Assembly (NCBI GenBank): GCA_026625185.1
Contig: CP113000.1
Span: 3,042,651 to 3,074,650, forward strand
DNA length: 32,000 nt
DNA from: Thermodesulfobacteriota bacterium
GTDB taxonomy: Bacteria; Desulfobacterota; WTBG01; JAGOGO01
Direction of reading: 5' to 3'
Positions 8,011 through 16,637 of the stretch are shown here, piece by piece (the stretch's first letter is position 1; each line of letters begins with the position of its first letter). The notes under the pieces were generated by a model, which had not been told where the DNA came from, ran no database searches, and saw only the letters and a program-made list of their open reading frames with translations. The translations under genes and the position numbers were made by a program.

Positions 8011-9822
8011 ATGAAAATGGAAAAACATCATAAATTTTCAATCTGGTATGTGTTAATAGCGATTTGGGTTGTCCTGATCGTGCATGATGTTATGGTCAAC
8101 ATGTTTTCGATTGAACACATACCATACAGCGATTTCATTAAAGCGCTCGAACAAGGTAAGGTGTTGGAAGTGGCGATTACGGCTGATCGGATCCAAGGAA
8201 AATTAAAGACCACCCAAGACGGTAAAGAAGTAGAAAAGATGTTCACCACCGTTCGGGTAGACCAAAACCTTTCCCAGCTTCTGGAAAAATATAACGTCAC
8301 CTTTAAAGGGATAATGGAAGATAATTTTTTAAAGAATCTTGCTTCCTGGATAATACCCATTTTCATTTTTGTCGGCATCTGGTATTTTATGATGCGCCGG
8401 TTAACCACTCAACAAGGAAGCTTTCTCTCATTGGGAAAGAAGGCTAAGGTCTATATGGAGGACGAGGTTAAGGTAACCTTCAATGATGTCGCCGGAGTAG
8501 ATGAGGCAAAAGAAGAACTGGCGGAAGTTATCGAGTTTCTTAAATTTCCGGGTAAATTTACGAAATTGGGAGGAAAGCTTCCCAAGGGGGTATTGCTCGT
8601 AGGCCCTCCCGGCTCAGGCAAAACTCTCCTGGCGCGCGCCGTCGCCGGAGAAAGCAAAGTCCCTTTTTTCAGTATGAGTGGTTCGGAATTTGTGGAACTG
8701 TTTGTGGGTATGGGCGCAGCCCGGGTACGTGATCTTTTCTCCCAAGCAAAGACGAAAGCGCCCTGTATTATCTTTATCGATGAACTCGATGCGCTCGGCA
8801 AAGCGCGCGGCCTCGGTTTTACTGGCGGCCATGATGAGCGGGAACAAACCTTAAATCAACTTTTAGTAGAAATGGATGGTTTTGACCCTACCGTGGGCGT
8901 GATTCTTATGGCAGCTACGAACCGACCTGAAATTCTTGATCCGGCGCTTTTAAGAGCGGGACGGTTTGACCGCCACATCTTGGTTGATCGTCCCGACAAA
9001 AAAGGACGAGAAGATATCCTCACGGTACATCTGAGAAATATCACCGTTGACTTTGATGTCGATATTGCAAGCATCGCTGCAATGACCCCGGGTTTTGTAG
9101 GTGCTGATTTAGCCAACCTGATTAATGAGGCCGCTCTTCTTGCTGTACGTCATAACAAAGAAAAAGTAGGCATGATTGAATTTCAGGAAGCGGTTGAGCG
9201 GATCATGGCTGGTCTGGAGAAAAAAAATCGCCTTATTAATCCCAAGGAACGAGAGATCGTTGCTTATCATGAGATTGGCCATGCGCTCGTTGCTCTCTCT
9301 TTGCCGGAAACTGATCCGGTCAAAAAAATATCTATTGTCCCACGAGGGGTAGCCGCTTTAGGATACACCCTCCAAGTGCCAACGGAGGATCGGTTTTTAA
9401 TGACGAAAACCGAGCTTTTAAACAAAGTAGCCGTTTTACTCGGAGGAAGAGCAGCCGAAGAAATTCACTTTGAAGATATTTCCACCGGCGCTCATAACGA
9501 CCTCGCCAAAGCTACTGACATTGCCCGAAGCATGGTCAAAGAATACGGGATGAGTAACGAATTGGGCCAGATTTATTTTGAGCGTGAACATCAGCCAAAA
9601 TATCTTGATGCCGGGCTTCCCACCGGAAAGGACTACAGTGAACAAACAGCTAAGACCATTGACGAAGAAGTTAAAAAAATAATCGATGCCCAGTTTTACG
9701 TTGCCAAAGACATCTTAACAAAACACAAAAAAATCATGGAACAAGGCGCAACCCTGCTTTTAAAAGAAGAAAACATTGAAGGCACAAGACTTAAAGAAAT
9801 GCTTTTAGCTGACCAAAAATAA
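8011..9822 (+). CDS. ftsH: ATP-dependent zinc metalloprotease FtsH
   Basis: 603 aa with two N-terminal TM segments, Walker A GPPGSGKT, the [22 protein letters not shown] and the zinc motif HEIGHAL. AAGAGG sits 6 nt before the ATG. Confidence 0.95.
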   Translation: MKMEKHHKFSIWYVLIAIWVVLIVHDVMVNMFSIEHIPYSDFIKALEQGKVLEVAITADRIQGKLKTTQDGKEVEKMFTTVRVDQNLSQLLEKYNVTFKGIMEDNFLKNLASWIIPIFIFVGIWYFMMRRLTTQQGSFLSLGKKAKVYMEDEVKVTFNDVAGVDEAKEELAEVIEFLKFPGKFTKLGGKLPKGVLLVGPPGSGKTLLARAVAGESKVPFFSMSGSEFVELFVGMGAARVRDLFSQAKTKAPCIIFIDELDALGKARGLGFTGGHDEREQTLNQLLVEMDGFDPTVGVILMAATNRPEILDPALLRAGRFDRHILVDRPDKKGREDILTVHLRNITVDFDVDIASIAAMTPGFVGADLANLINEAALLAVRHNKEKVGMIEFQEAVERIMAGLEKKNRLINPKEREIVAYHEIGHALVALSLPETDPVKKISIVPRGVAALGYTLQVPTEDRFLMTKTELLNKVAVLLGGRAAEEIHFEDISTGAHNDLAKATDIARSMVKEYGMSNELGQIYFEREHQPKYLDAGLPTGKDYSEQTAKTIDEEVKKIIDAQFYVAKDILTKHKKIMEQGATLLLKEENIEGTRLKEMLLADQK

Positions 9823-9830
9823 ATTTTTCC

Positions 9831-9859
9831 TTGCAATTTGGGTAAATCTCATTATATTA
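9831..9859 (+). promoter_or_regulatory. Sigma70-type promoter candidate for tRNA-Asp
   Basis: TTGCAA (9831..9836), a 16-17 nt spacer, then TATATT/ATATTA (9853..9859), about 60 nt upstream of the tRNA. Confidence 0.4.
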
Positions 9860-9919
9860 TAACTCAATTGGAAATAACTTATTGTAATTCCCACTAGTTA
9901 TTTGGAAAAGCTACAAATC

Positions 9920-9994
9920 GGGGGCGTAGTTCAGTTTGGTTAGAACGCCGGCCTGTCACGCCGGAGGTCGCGAGTTCGAGTCTCGTCGTCCCCG
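9920..9994 (+). tRNA. tRNA-Asp (anticodon GTC)
   Basis: Manual cloverleaf: acceptor GGGGGCG/CGTCCCC with one G-U pair; D-arm GTTCAGTTTGGTTAGAAC; anticodon stem GCCGG/CCGG(A) with loop CTGTCAC (GTC). The T-arm is GCGAG-TTCGAGT-CTCGT and the discriminator is G. CCA is not encoded. Confidence 0.9.
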
Positions 9995-10010
9995 CTTTAA
10001 TAAAAAAAAT

Positions 10011-10043
10011 GGCTTTAAGAGAATTTCTTAAAGCCTTTTTTTT
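10011..10043 (+). terminator. Rho-independent terminator after tRNA-Asp
   Basis: A perfect 10-bp stem GGCTTTAAGA / TCTTAAAGCC with a 5-nt loop is followed by T8 (10036..10043). Confidence 0.8.
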
Positions 10044-10127
10044 AATGTCTAAAATAATTATTCCCCACACTATTCCCCATACTTTCGATAAAAATCAGAG
10101 TAAAAAGAAGTGAATCTTTTGAAGGGG

Positions 10128-10160
10128 AAAAAATAAAAAAGGGCCTCGCATTGAGACCCC
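10128..10160 (-). terminator. Rho-independent terminator of the DsbA-like gene
   Basis: The minus strand reads GGGTCTC-AATGC-GAGGCCC (7 bp, one G-U pair) followed by TTTTTTATTTTTT, about 40 nt after the TAG stop at 10198. Confidence 0.65.
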
Positions 10161-10197
10161 TTAATTGTATGGCTTAAATTCTTATTTACTTATTATT

Positions 10198-10812
10198 CTA
10201 CTTTTCCGCCCCGTTTCCTTCCACAAGTTTTGCCAACGCCTCATAGGGCTGTGCGCCAACTAATTTATCTTCGTTAATCACAAAAGTAGGAACAGCCGTA
10301 CTCCCTTTCTCCCGCGAAAGGTTCCAGTCCGCAACAACGGCAGCTTTGAATGTTCTTGACGCAAGAACTGCTGCGGCTTCTTCCCTCGAAAGCCCAACAG
10401 ATGTGGCTAAATCGACCAGCACCGGAATTTTTAGTATGTTCTTTCCCTCTACAAAATAGGCCTTGAAAACCGCCGCATGGAATTCATCCCATTTATTCTT
10501 CGATTCAGCCCAAAGACCCAATTCCTGAGCTAAACGACTATTATAGGTTTTTTTCATTTCTCCAAAAGACAATCATAGTTCGGTCGCAGTTTTTCTCAAG
10601 TGGCGCCTCATCTTTTCTATATCTATTTGGTAATCAGCAAAAAGCTGGTCAACCAAAAGTCCCTCCTCCGGTATCCCCGGATGAAGAGGAAAACCCCGCC
10701 CCCGAACAGGTATTGCATATTCTTGATTAAGTTTTTCAATACGCCCGGTAATGAAGTAGCACCAAGGTCAGATGTAATCGAAGAATATTTCAAGAGTTAA
10801 AAGTAATGGCAT
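10198..10812 (-). CDS. DsbA/FrnE-family thiol:disulfide oxidoreductase with two in-frame TGA codons; putative selenoprotein (UPWC motif) or recent pseudogene
   Basis: One continuous frame of 205 codons runs from ATG 10812 to TAG 10198. It reads MPLLLTLEIFFDYI[TGA 10770..10768]PWCYFITGRIEKLNQEYAIPVRGRGFPLHPGIPEEGLLVDQLFADYQIDIEKMRRHLRKTATEL[TGA 10575..10573]LSFGEMKKTYNSRLAQELGLW..., and the remainder is the 124-aa track ORF. Family resemblance holds on both sides of both TGAs, and there is no frameshift. Confidence 0.55.
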
Positions 10813-10912
10813 TTCTTTTTCTTCTTTAGTTGAAAAACATTACAATGTTAATACTGATCCGTATAAGACCCGTGGTTAAGAATTTTATAATTTTATGGTT
10901 GGCCCCTTTCTT

Positions 10913-11755
10913 TCACTTTGGAACACGCTCAAGAAATTTCACCATCTCTGTCAGCACTGGTATCTGGCCTTGATCCTGCAAATGCAAAAGATGACCAACA
11001 CCCTTAATCTGGGCGCAGCTTACATTGCTGAAATCCTGTTGAAGCCTGGAAATTTCATCATCCGTCATTACCGCACCCAGCTTTGTCTCACCCCGAATGA
11101 ACATTACGGGACAATTAATCCTCGTGAGTGCCTGTTTATAGTCATAACCTTTGGTAAAGCCGCCAAAATCAAATAACAGGTTATTGAAAAAAGTGGGATC
11201 AAGCTGCCACAGGCATCCGGCAAAAAATAAAATCCATGCACTGGTTACACCTGGATAATCTATATATTTGTCTGCTAACGACAAGGATAGTTCTTGTTCA
11301 GTTTGCGACGATCTCTTCAGATCCAACCAAATACTAAACATGTCCCGGCTTGAATCTATAATCCTTTTATAGTTATCCAAGGTCAAAGCTGGATCTTCAA
11401 TGATCAGAGCTTTCACCTTTTCTGGGCAACGAGCGGCGACCATGAGCGCTATCACGCCGCCAATGGAGTGACCTATCAGAACGGTCGGCGCGTTCAATTG
11501 TTTTACAAATTCCACGTTATCTTCTGTAAAATCTTCCAGGCGATAGTTCCCGGCAACCCAGCCTGATTTGCCATTCCCTCTCAAATCCAAAGCATATATA
11601 TGCCATCTTTGAGATAAGCTTGGGATAAGAGAAAGATATTCTTGCCAGCACCAAGCGCCCCCGTGCAGCATGACTAACGGTTCGCCCGATGAAAAGCCAT
11701 AATCAAGATAATTTATTTTCACCTTTCCGGTATCAAAGAATTTTTCTTGGTCCAT
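10913..11755 (-). CDS. Alpha/beta-fold hydrolase
   Basis: HGGAWCW oxyanion-like region, nucleophile elbow GHSIGG and a C-terminal GVGHLLH. The ATG at 11755 is preceded by GGAAAGGTGG; the track start GTG 11764 is less likely. Confidence 0.8.
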   Translation of the reverse strand: MDQEKFFDTGKVKINYLDYGFSSGEPLVMLHGGAWCWQEYLSLIPSLSQRWHIYALDLRGNGKSGWVAGNYRLEDFTEDNVEFVKQLNAPTVLIGHSIGGVIALMVAARCPEKVKALIIEDPALTLDNYKRIIDSSRDMFSIWLDLKRSSQTEQELSLSLADKYIDYPGVTSAWILFFAGCLWQLDPTFFNNLLFDFGGFTKGYDYKQALTRINCPVMFIRGETKLGAVMTDDEISRLQQDFSNVSCAQIKGVGHLLHLQDQGQIPVLTEMVKFLERVPK

Positions 11756-12149
11756 ATTTACCACCTTTCCTTTTATAACTGCAGTCCTAACTAACCAAAA
11801 TTAAATGATAAAAATCTGTTTTGAGACAAGAAAGGGAACGGCTCTAATGGCAATACCACATCCTATAACCTTTCAGCATTAATCAATTTATTATTCACAG
11901 AACAGTGTTTTTATTGATCTGTAATGATTAAAAAACAAACTTAATTTCTTAGTGGTATAGGGGAGTGGAGGGAATTAATTCCAATTGGCAAAATTTTTTC
12001 AAATTTATTTTCAGCCTCCAAAGGCCTTACAAAAAAAAATCTTAAGATGCATGGTGAAGCGAGGCTGTCACCAGAGAGAAAATTACATCAGCATAGGGTT
12101 ATCCCACGCCGATCAGGAAAAGGAATAATATTAACCCAAAGTGTTCGTT

Positions 12150-13451
12150 TCATTTTTTGTTCGTCAGATAAATACTTCTCAACCTATCCAACCGATCTTT
12201 TGAAAAGAAAATGCAATCAGTTTTTTTGGCCTCACCAGAAGCAATATCATTTGCCAATGCTTTGCAACTAGGCGCACCGCATAATCCGCAATTAAGGCCA
12301 GGCAAAGTGGTGAGGATGGCTTCAGCTTCCTTAATTCTTTTAATGCGTTCTTTAAGGTTACCCATATCTCCTTTGATAGAACGCGGCTTGAGGGGTGCTT
12401 TGAGGAAAAAATCTTGGGAGGAATAACGTTTTTCTACTTCTGCTTCAATGACTGGACTTTTCTCCGGAAGTTCGGTTACCAACCGATGCAATTTACTGCG
12501 CGCAACATAGAAATTATCAACCGTGAGATTTCCGTTGGTACACCCTCCCCAGCACGCATAACATTCCAAAAAGTCCACTAAGCGCATTTTGCCTTTTTCG
12601 ACGTCATCAAAGACGTGGATAACGTTTCTTAGACCGGTGAGGGGAATATAATGAAAACCATGAAGGTTCCGGCGTTGGCCCCTCAACACCCCTTGAAACA
12701 TTTCTGCGCTAAAAAAAATATCTTTTTCCGGGATTTTCGACTCGCTTTCTTTAGAAGACTGTGCATAGGTTAAAATAGCATTGTAAACATCTGAAATGCC
12801 GATACCGCCGTCCAGATAGCTTTTAGCCCCCTCGGCGGGCTCGACAATAGAAATGCTTTTGGCCTGGCATGGTGTCACATGGATCGCCGCTACTTCATCT
12901 GTGCTGATGCCGAGCATTTTTGCATATTTGCGCTTGGCCTCGCGGCCGGCGAGTTCACGCTGCACCTCAATCGGAAGCAATTGGCCGATCATCCCAGGAT
13001 AGGCAACTTGGATGAGTCTCACAATAACAGGACAATAAGGTGGTATTAAAGGGAAGGGACCTTTCCATTGAGCAACAAATTCCCGGATGGCCTTATTGAC
13101 AAGCGCATTTTCAACCGATAGAATATAAACAGCATCAAAACCGATAGATTTGAGCCCTTCTATAATTTGAGCGGAAGATATACCGTCCGGGAACTGGCTA
13201 AAGAGAACGGGCGAAGGAACCGCAACTTTATATTTATTTTTCCACACGGCTTTTAAAGAGTGGGTGGTAGCGGATATGGCCCCAGAAGGGCATGCCTTCA
13301 GGCAATTGCCGCAATCAATGCATAATTCAGATATAACTTCGGCTTTGCCGTCCTTGACACGGAGGGCTTGCGTAGGGCATCTCCCCATACAGGCAAGCTT
13401 GCCCCGGCATTTATCACGGTCGATTTTAAAGGCATGAGTTATTTCACGCAT
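12150..13451 (-). CDS. [FeFe]-hydrogenase-like Fe-S protein: 2x[4Fe-4S] ferredoxin domain, H-cluster-like domain and a C-terminal RnfB-type Fe-S domain; putative sensory/regulatory
   Basis: CRGKLACMGRCP and CIDCGNCLKACP mark the ferredoxin domain. PPYCPV, VTPCQAKS and ECYACWGGCTNG resemble H-cluster motifs L1-L3. LNCGLCGAPSCKAL...C marks the C-terminal domain. The likely start ATG 13451 overlaps the upstream stop. Confidence 0.7.
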   Translation of the reverse strand: MREITHAFKIDRDKCRGKLACMGRCPTQALRVKDGKAEVISELCIDCGNCLKACPSGAISATTHSLKAVWKNKYKVAVPSPVLFSQFPDGISSAQIIEGLKSIGFDAVYILSVENALVNKAIREFVAQWKGPFPLIPPYCPVIVRLIQVAYPGMIGQLLPIEVQRELAGREAKRKYAKMLGISTDEVAAIHVTPCQAKSISIVEPAEGAKSYLDGGIGISDVYNAILTYAQSSKESESKIPEKDIFFSAEMFQGVLRGQRRNLHGFHYIPLTGLRNVIHVFDDVEKGKMRLVDFLECYACWGGCTNGNLTVDNFYVARSKLHRLVTELPEKSPVIEAEVEKRYSSQDFFLKAPLKPRSIKGDMGNLKERIKRIKEAEAILTTLPGLNCGLCGAPSCKALANDIASGEAKKTDCIFFSKDRLDRLRSIYLTNKK

Positions 13452-13890
13452 TGGAGTCAAGCCTTATACGGGCTAAAAGCTTTGTTCCTTTACCGACATC
13501 GGATTCTATTTTAAGAACGTCAGAATTTTTCTTGATATTTGGCAGCCCCATTCCGAAGCCGAAACCCTTTTCACGCATCTCGTCGGAAGCCGTCGAAAAC
13601 CCTTCTTGCATGGCCTGCTCGATATCCGGTATTCCAGGACCTTCATCCGCCACTTCGATATCGATTGCTTCATCAGTAATGACAAAACTGACCGTGCCTA
13701 TATTGGCATACATCACAACATTCATTTCAGCCTCGAATGCCACCACTAAAGCACGGCGGATGATGTCAGAATCGATCTCAAGCCCTTTGAGAATCGACTT
13801 AATCTCAGTTGATGTCTCACCCGCGGTATCGAAGTTATGGCCATAAACCGTAAAAACCCTTTTAAATAGTTCTTCTGAGTATACCGTCAC
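13444..13890 (-). CDS. Small histidine-kinase-like ATPase (HATPase_c, anti-sigma-factor/Ser kinase-like)
   Basis: 148 aa with ADEGPGIPDIEQAMQEGFS and GFGFGMGLPNIKK (N/G1/G2-box-like). The GTG start overlaps the upstream TAG. Confidence 0.7.
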   Translation of the reverse strand: MTVYSEELFKRVFTVYGHNFDTAGETSTEIKSILKGLEIDSDIIRRALVVAFEAEMNVVMYANIGTVSFVITDEAIDIEVADEGPGIPDIEQAMQEGFSTASDEMREKGFGFGMGLPNIKKNSDVLKIESDVGKGTKLLARIRLDSNA

Positions 13891-14234
13891 TACATAGCGC
13901 CTTTCATGTTATGTTCGCGCAAAATTCCGCATACATCGAACATCCCAAATTCGGTAGCCATCACCACAATATTTTTATCGCGCGCCAGGGCGATCAATTT
14001 TTCATTCGGCAACTTTCCGCGGATATACACAATAGCCCGCACATCGGCAATATAGGCGGTCCTAACGGATTGAATATTGGTGAGACCCGTGACCATCAAA
14101 GCACCGGGAGTGTGAAATGCCAAAATTTCACTCATGCCGTCAGAAGCCAAGACCGTATCTACTTCAAGGGACAAATCCAGATCACTAGTCAAAACGGTGC
14201 CGTGTAGAATATCCTTAATTTCTTCTAGCCTCAT
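13890..14234 (-). CDS. DRTGG-domain protein
   Basis: 114 aa with SDGMSEILAFHTPGALMVTGLTNIQSVRTAYIADVRAIVYIRGK, which fits the DRTGG domain pattern (LVTGG-like core). Accessory genes of this kind accompany HydABC-type clusters. Confidence 0.75.
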   Translation of the reverse strand: MRLEEIKDILHGTVLTSDLDLSLEVDTVLASDGMSEILAFHTPGALMVTGLTNIQSVRTAYIADVRAIVYIRGKLPNEKLIALARDKNIVVMATEFGMFDVCGILREHNMKGAM

Positions 14235-14312
14235 CTTGTCAGCATCCTCATCAGTAGTTTGTGCTTAGGAAATTATTTACTCACCTGACAGATCTAAAAT
14301 GTTACCCACTCC

Positions 14313-15710
14313 TTATTTGCTCCCGAAAAGCGTTGCATGCATGGATTTGGCAGCCCGGCGCCCTGCGCCCATGGCGCTGATCACTGTAGCCGCGCCGGTG
14401 ACCACATCACCTCCGGCCCAGATCCTCTCGCGGGAGGTCTTCCCGGTCTCTTCCTCAGCCACAATATTCCCTTTCTTGCCAACAGCCAACCCGGGGGTGC
14501 TCATCGGGATCAATGGATTCGGGCTATTGCCGATGGCGACAATCACGGCATCGGCCTTCATTTTAAACTCGGAGCCTTTTATCGGAATGGGACTTCGGCG
14601 GCCGGATGCATCGGGTTCACCGAGTTCCATTTTAATACACTCAATCTCTGTCAACCATCCCTGCTCATCACCGGTTAACCTCACCGGCAAAGTCAGGTAG
14701 TCGAAAATCACACCTTCCTCTTCGGCATTTTCCGCCTCTTCCGCCCTGGCCGGCAATTCTTCTTTGCTTCGGCGGTACACAATATGTGACTCATCAGCAC
14801 CGAGGCGCAGGGCGGTTCTTGCCGAATCCATCGCGACGTTCCCGCCCCCAAACACCGCCACGCATCTCGGACGCTTCATGGGAGTATCATAGGCAGGGAA
14901 CCGGTACCCTTTCATGAGATTACACCGGGTGAGATATTCATTGGCCGAGTAGACACCATTGAAATTTTCCCCGGGTATGTCCATGAACCAGGGCAGACCG
15001 GCACCGGCACCCACGAAGACCCCGTCAAATTCTTGCAGAATGCTATCAATGGTCCTGGTCTTTCCGACGATGTAATCCAGATAGAGTTTCACTCCAAGAC
15101 TTTTGACATATTCGACCTCTCGTTTGACAATAGCCTTAGGCAAACGGAATTCAGGGATACCGTAGGTCAAGACACCCCCCGCCTCATGCAAGGCCTCGAA
15201 TATCGTTACGGCATACCCAAGCAGGGCGAGATCATTGGCCACCGTAATTCCGGCAGGGCCCGAACCAACAATGGCAATCTTCATTCCGTTCAAGGCCGCC
15301 ATGGCCGGGGTTTCAGTCTTGCCGCGAGCTGCCTCCCAGTCCGCTAAAAACCGTTCGAGCCGGCCTATGCAAATTGATCCCCCTTTCTTGCCTAAAATAC
15401 AGTGAAGCTCACACTGTTCCTCCTGCGGACAGACGCGTCCACAGACGGCCGGGAGGGCATTAGTCTCTTTGAGCTTTTTAATGCCGGCAGCATAATCGCC
15501 GGCGACAATGCATTCGATAAAAGCAGGGATGTTGATACCCACCGGGCACCCTTCGCGACACAACGACTTTTTACAGTGAAGGCATCGGCCGGCCTCTTCC
15601 CGTGCCAACTCTTCCGTGTAACCAATCGCCACTTCGTCGAAATTTTTGACGCGCTCAAAAGGCTCTTGCTTCGGCATGTGCCGTCGCTCATAATCGATTT
15701 GCTTGGCCAA
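14313..15710 (-). CDS. nfnB: NfnB: NADH-dependent reduced ferredoxin:NADP+ oxidoreductase large subunit (GltD-like)
   Basis: 465 aa with an N-terminal 2x[4Fe-4S] region CLHCKKSLCREGCP...CGRVCPQEEQCELHC and the dinucleotide folds IAIVGSGPAGITVA and VAVFGGGNVAMD. The TTG start is preceded by GGAGGGAG. Confidence 0.85.
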   Translation of the reverse strand: MAKQIDYERRHMPKQEPFERVKNFDEVAIGYTEELAREEAGRCLHCKKSLCREGCPVGINIPAFIECIVAGDYAAGIKKLKETNALPAVCGRVCPQEEQCELHCILGKKGGSICIGRLERFLADWEAARGKTETPAMAALNGMKIAIVGSGPAGITVANDLALLGYAVTIFEALHEAGGVLTYGIPEFRLPKAIVKREVEYVKSLGVKLYLDYIVGKTRTIDSILQEFDGVFVGAGAGLPWFMDIPGENFNGVYSANEYLTRCNLMKGYRFPAYDTPMKRPRCVAVFGGGNVAMDSARTALRLGADESHIVYRRSKEELPARAEEAENAEEEGVIFDYLTLPVRLTGDEQGWLTEIECIKMELGEPDASGRRSPIPIKGSEFKMKADAVIVAIGNSPNPLIPMSTPGLAVGKKGNIVAEEETGKTSRERIWAGGDVVTGAATVISAMGAGRRAAKSMHATLFGSK

Positions 15711-15728
15711 TTTCTTCTCCCTCCACCA

Positions 15729-16562
15729 TCAATAGTGAGATGCACAACCGCTCTTGTGCAATGGGTAAACCTCTTCCGGATTGTAGGTCCGGCGCCGGTT
15801 CAGAAACTCAACCCAATCCACGTCACGACCATCAAAGTCCGGACCATCCACACAGGCAAATTTGGTTTTGCCCGCCACCGAGAGTCTGCAAACGCCGCAC
15901 ATGCCGGTGCCGTCGATCATGATCGGATTCATATTAACCATTGTCTTGATAGCCATCTCCTTGGTGATCTGCGACACCTTCATCATCTGAAAAGTACAGC
16001 CGTTGACGATGATTCGATCAGGCCGGATCTTCTCCATGGCAATTATCTCAGGGAGCCGGGCAAGATGTCCCTTATAGCCGCTGGTGCCGTCCCGGGTGAT
16101 TTCGATGACGCGCTCTGAAAGGGGTTTAAACATCTCCTGCCAATAAAGCAGATATGCGCTTCGTGCCTCGAGGATTGTATATAGGGTGTTGCCGGCTTCT
16201 TTTAATGCACGAGCTATGGGAAAAACACTTCCAATGCCATAACAACCACCAATGCATAGCACGGTTCCAAAATTCTGGATCTCTGTTTCCCGGCCAAGAG
16301 GACCTGCAAAGGTAGGGATCTCCCCACCCGGTTTAAGTCTGGCCAGCTTTGCCGTTGAGGCCCCAACTTGCATAAATATAGAGGTTACCGTGCCTGCCTC
16401 CCGGTTCCAATCAGCAACTGAAAGCGGCACCCGTTCGCCGGTTTCATCCGGTCGCACGATTACAAAGTTGCCTGGTTTAATCGAGTTGGCAACCTCCGGT
16501 GCCTCGACGATAAACTCATGCAGGTTGGGCACGATCATCCGGCGTTCGATTATACGATACAT
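15729..16562 (-). CDS. nfnA: NfnA: small subunit (ferredoxin-NADP reductase/PyrK-like, FAD plus 2Fe-2S)
   Basis: 277 aa with an FNR-like fold (RPLSVAD-type RVPLSVAD, GGCYGIG) and a C-terminal cluster motif GTGMCGVCR...C. GGAGG lies 6 nt before the ATG. Confidence 0.85.
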   Translation of the reverse strand: MYRIIERRMIVPNLHEFIVEAPEVANSIKPGNFVIVRPDETGERVPLSVADWNREAGTVTSIFMQVGASTAKLARLKPGGEIPTFAGPLGRETEIQNFGTVLCIGGCYGIGSVFPIARALKEAGNTLYTILEARSAYLLYWQEMFKPLSERVIEITRDGTSGYKGHLARLPEIIAMEKIRPDRIIVNGCTFQMMKVSQITKEMAIKTMVNMNPIMIDGTGMCGVCRLSVAGKTKFACVDGPDFDGRDVDWVEFLNRRRTYNPEEVYPLHKSGCASHY

Positions 16563-16637
16563 TCTCTGCCTCCAAGCGATAGGTGCTTCTTTAAAACCGG
16601 TTTTCTTTTGCGTTTTTAAAATAACTATTTCTTCAAC

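Noticed and set aside
10060-10083. Tandem 12-mer ATTCCCCACACT / ATTCCCCATACT downstream of tRNA-Asp as an att-site remnant of an integrated element
   Set aside because: It has no similarity to the tRNA 3' end. No integrase or other mobile genes are nearby, and I could find no second copy elsewhere in the window.
10573-10770. Genetic code 25 (UGA = Gly, as in SR1/Gracilibacteria) as the explanation for the in-frame TGAs of the DsbA-like gene, since the second TGA aligns with a conserved Gly
   Set aside because: TGA is used as the normal stop of several well-supported genes here. These are birA (6812), the alpha/beta hydrolase (10913), the hydrogenase-like gene (12150), the HATPase (13444), nfnA (15729), nuoF-like (19174) and flxB-like (25801). 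In addition, Gly at the first TGA would destroy the CxxC motif.
15402-16118. The 238-aa plus-strand ORF and other long ORFs (14299..14700, 17154..17666, 18060..18563, 18654..19145, 19051..19491, 19754..20194) antisense to the nfn and nuo-like genes
   Set aside because: They lie entirely opposite strongly supported genes in the GC-rich block. They have Pro/Arg/Gly/Ser-rich, low-complexity-like translations and no SD. They are typical shadow ORFs.
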